A DNA stretch of 64,000 bases, taken from the NCBI GenBank assembly GCA_964187785.1, contig OZ076409.1:20772001-20836000 (forward strand), in the 5' to 3' direction. A program made the position numbers and the translations under genes. Positions 61,090-64,000 of the stretch are shown one piece after another. Source of the DNA: Amphiscolops sp. MND2022. Lineage: Eukaryota. The notes under the pieces are model-generated. The model saw only the letters and a list, made by a program, of their open reading frames with translations, searched no databases and was not told where the DNA came from. Within the stretch, counting starts at the first letter, position 1, and each line of letters opens with the position of its first letter.

Positions 61090-64000
61090 AGCCCAATGGG
61101 GGATTTTAGAGGCAGTCAAGAAAGTGACCAAATTGGAAGCCCCGCAACGCTTATTGAGCAATGACATGGTTGACAGGATGTGAAAAATGTATTACAAAAT
61201 TTGATGACCGAGCACAAGCAAAAAGATATTAAAATTGCCAATCTGGAAGGACAGATGAGACAAATGGAGATCAAAATAAACGAAATTGAACGATATCAAT
61301 CGAAAAATTGCCCAGTTTTCAGAAACCTGCCAGTCGGAAGTTATGGATCAATTATCAATGACACTGTTGAATTCATCAAGTTTTCAGAAACCTGCCAGTC
61401 GGAAGTTATGGATCAATTATCAATGACACTGTTGAATTCATCAACCAAGTGATGAAAGTGACCATCGATCCAGCTGACCTGAAAGCGTGCCATCCTTTGG
61501 GACCCATTAAATTTAAAGGTCAAACAACAGTGGTCGTGAAATTCATCTACTTTGATCGAAAAGAAAGAATTGATAGCAGAAAGAAGTTTTTGAAATTTTA
61601 TTGTCATCCCACGAACAAGAAACTGTCTACATCAGTGAACGCCTTACCAAATTTGACATGCAACTGAAAGAAGCAGCTGAAGCCGAATCTATTTTTGTGT
61701 CAACGAAAAATTCAGCACCCATCATTCATGTGGTACAAGAGGGTGTTCGAACCCAGAATGGTATCAATAGCTTCGAAGATGTGATGGAACTGAAGAATGT
61801 GGCGGTTAAAAGGAAGCAGCCTGTGATGTCTACGCATACGAAGTTGCCAATGTCTGACGCGAATAATCTGAAGACTCCGATGCCGACTCTTGAAAGAGCC
61901 CAAGTTGTTATCCCTGCCACGCCGCTAACAACCCGTGTACCCACAATGAAAAGAGGTCGGGTCTTGACTCCCACTCAAGACAGTGATATTAAAGAGTTTC
62001 GCGAAGAGAAAAAAGCAAGGCAAAGCAACAAAGAGGAATTATTAGATTATGTACTGGGATTGATTTCAACGTCCCCGGATCCCAAACAAATGATGGTGGC
62101 TTTCACAGCCTTTTGTGGTTGAGGAAAATAGAGTGGATTTTGAGCAGTAAGAATAAAACTACAGGTCAACTTGAAGAACAAAAATTTTTATTCGAAAATG
62201 AGGAGTGTGTGTCTGAGAATCTCACGTGCTTGAACGTAAACATTCGTTCTTTGAGTAAAAACTTCGATGAATTACAGGCGCTGCTAATAACCAAAACAAT
62301 GAAACCTACTGTTATAGGGTTGACTGAAACATGGCTTGAAACGAACGACATGGCAAAGATGTTCAGGTTAAAGGGCTATCACAAATTAATTACTTGCAAT
62401 AGGGATTGGGCTAAGCGAGGAGGAGTAGGTTTTTACATCGATGATAAACTCAAATTTCGAGTACTTCTGAAAGATACAACTAGAGAATGGTTGATGGTGG
62501 AAATTCTTTCTCCATTCAAAGCAATTTTAGCTGTTACCTATAGATGTGAGAAGTGATATTCCAGAAATGAATATTGCGAGTGGCTTCCCGAGGAACTATC
62601 CTCAACTAAGTCGAAAAATAAAGCATTGATAGTTAAGGGCGACTTCAGTATTGACCTTCTGATTGAAAACTCTCATTCAACCGAACTAATAGATGTAATG
62701 AAAGAGTTCAATCTTGAACTGAGTAGTCCCTTGGAGGTTACGAGGGAGTTCAAAAATTCAAAATCCTGTCTGGATTACATATACTCGGATATCATTGTTT
62801 TGCAGAAAGAAGTTATCAAGTGTACTATATCAGATGATTATTTTGTTTGAACTGAATTGAATAAGAACCTATCTTTTGCGAAAGAATCGAGAATCTATAG
62901 GAGTTTTCATATTCTATCCAAAGATTCAATTCTATTACAATACAGGTTGAACCTAGAACATTCGTTAAGGTATGCTGATTGGGAAAATATCTCTCTGGAA
63001 GATGGCTTTCAAAAATTCATCAAAACGTTTCTTACCACCAGCAACCAATTTGCGCCAATGAGAGTTATTCGTGAACGCGATACCAACTGGACCAATAACA
63101 AAATTAAACGCCAACTCGATAGACGTGATCAGTTGTTTAAAAGTTGGTTGAAAAATCTATCTAATCGAGCCGAATCATTGAAGTATAAGACACAAAGGAA
63201 TAGGGTCAAAAATTTGATAAGGCAGAGGAAGAAAGAATATATACAAAGCTCCTTTGATAATTGTCGCGATTTGAAATCATTTCATTGCCAATTGAATTTG
63301 ATCACTGGGAAAAATACGGATGCTGTGTATCCAAGTTTCACGGAAACAACTAATATCGATAGGTTCAATGAATTTTACGTTAACGTTTGTCCCAATATGC
63401 ACGAAGTTATTCCGACAAAAACCCGATCAATTTGAAAAGAAGTGAAGTTCAATCAATGATTTTAGAGCCGTTTAATGAGGCCGAATTAGCAACAGTTATG
63501 AATAATTTGAAAAATAAAACATCCACAGGGCCCTATGGTATATCGAATAAATTAACGGCAATAGCAGCACCGGCAATAGTAGCGCCTCTCAATACTCTCA
63601 TTAATAGATGTTCCAGTGAATCCTATTTTCCAGACATTCTCAAGCTAGCTAAAGTGATTCCAGTAGACAAAAACAATGACCCCAATAACTTCTCAAATTA
63701 TAGACCGATCTCTCTGGTGTCCCCCATCGGAAAGTTAGTCGAGATTGTACTTTACAATAGAATGATCAACTACATCAACAAGTTTGATCTACTTCATCCG
63801 AACCAATTTGGATTCCGTAAAAAGCATAAAACAGTAGACGCACTTGCGTGTGTAATAAAACTAGTACGGCTGGCTATTGACGATAAAAAACGGGCTTGTT
63901 GTATTTTCCTTGATCTCTCTAAAGCATTCGATAGCATTCACCATGACATATTGCTGTCCATTTTGTTCAATTATGGTTTTCGAGGGCCAGTACATCACCT
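61090..64000 (+). mobile_element. Decayed CR1/L2-group LINE (ORF1, APE, start of RT), runs off the window
   Basis: ORF1 homologous to 33724-34087 (NEIERYQSK, DLKACHPLGP..VVKFIYFD), with a 65-bp tandem duplication at 61314-61443. ORF2 LNVNIRSL, IGLTETWL, RGGVGFY, GDFSID, SCLDYI, ISDD, NYRPISL, FLDLSKAFDSIHH. Confidence 0.92.

Overview
AT-rich, repeat-dense animal genomic DNA: it has spliceosomal GT-AG introns and an innexin, so probably an invertebrate; the exact taxon cannot be read from the sequence. I reconstructed four spliced + strand genes by eye, with phase-consistent junctions. (1) A two-exon F-box/LRR-like gene (1969-8808). (2) A four-exon NT5DC1-like HAD 5'-nucleotidase (11853-28713). 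(3) A complete two-exon ABCD4-like ABC half-transporter (22327-24746) nested on the SAME strand inside the 14.3 kb third intron of the NT5DC1-like gene. (4) An innexin with at least 7 exons (30918-49218), possibly extended by two more exons to 55836. The rest is mostly transposons: decayed LINEs, a CRE-like fragment, a BEL/Pao fragment, a pogo element with TA TSD, a Mutator element with 9-bp TSD and a 1579-bp tandem duplication, and several MITEs. The most striking non-coding signal is four families of non-autonomous elements. They share the Helentron/DINE-1 (HINE) terminal architecture (T-run, subTIR plus partial IR ... subTIR plus hairpin plus TT) but have unrelated subTIR sequences. Two of the families share internal modules and carry tRNA-derived Pol III boxes. 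Three long fold-back palindromes are also present. Most short ORFs in the supplied track are artefacts of these repeats.
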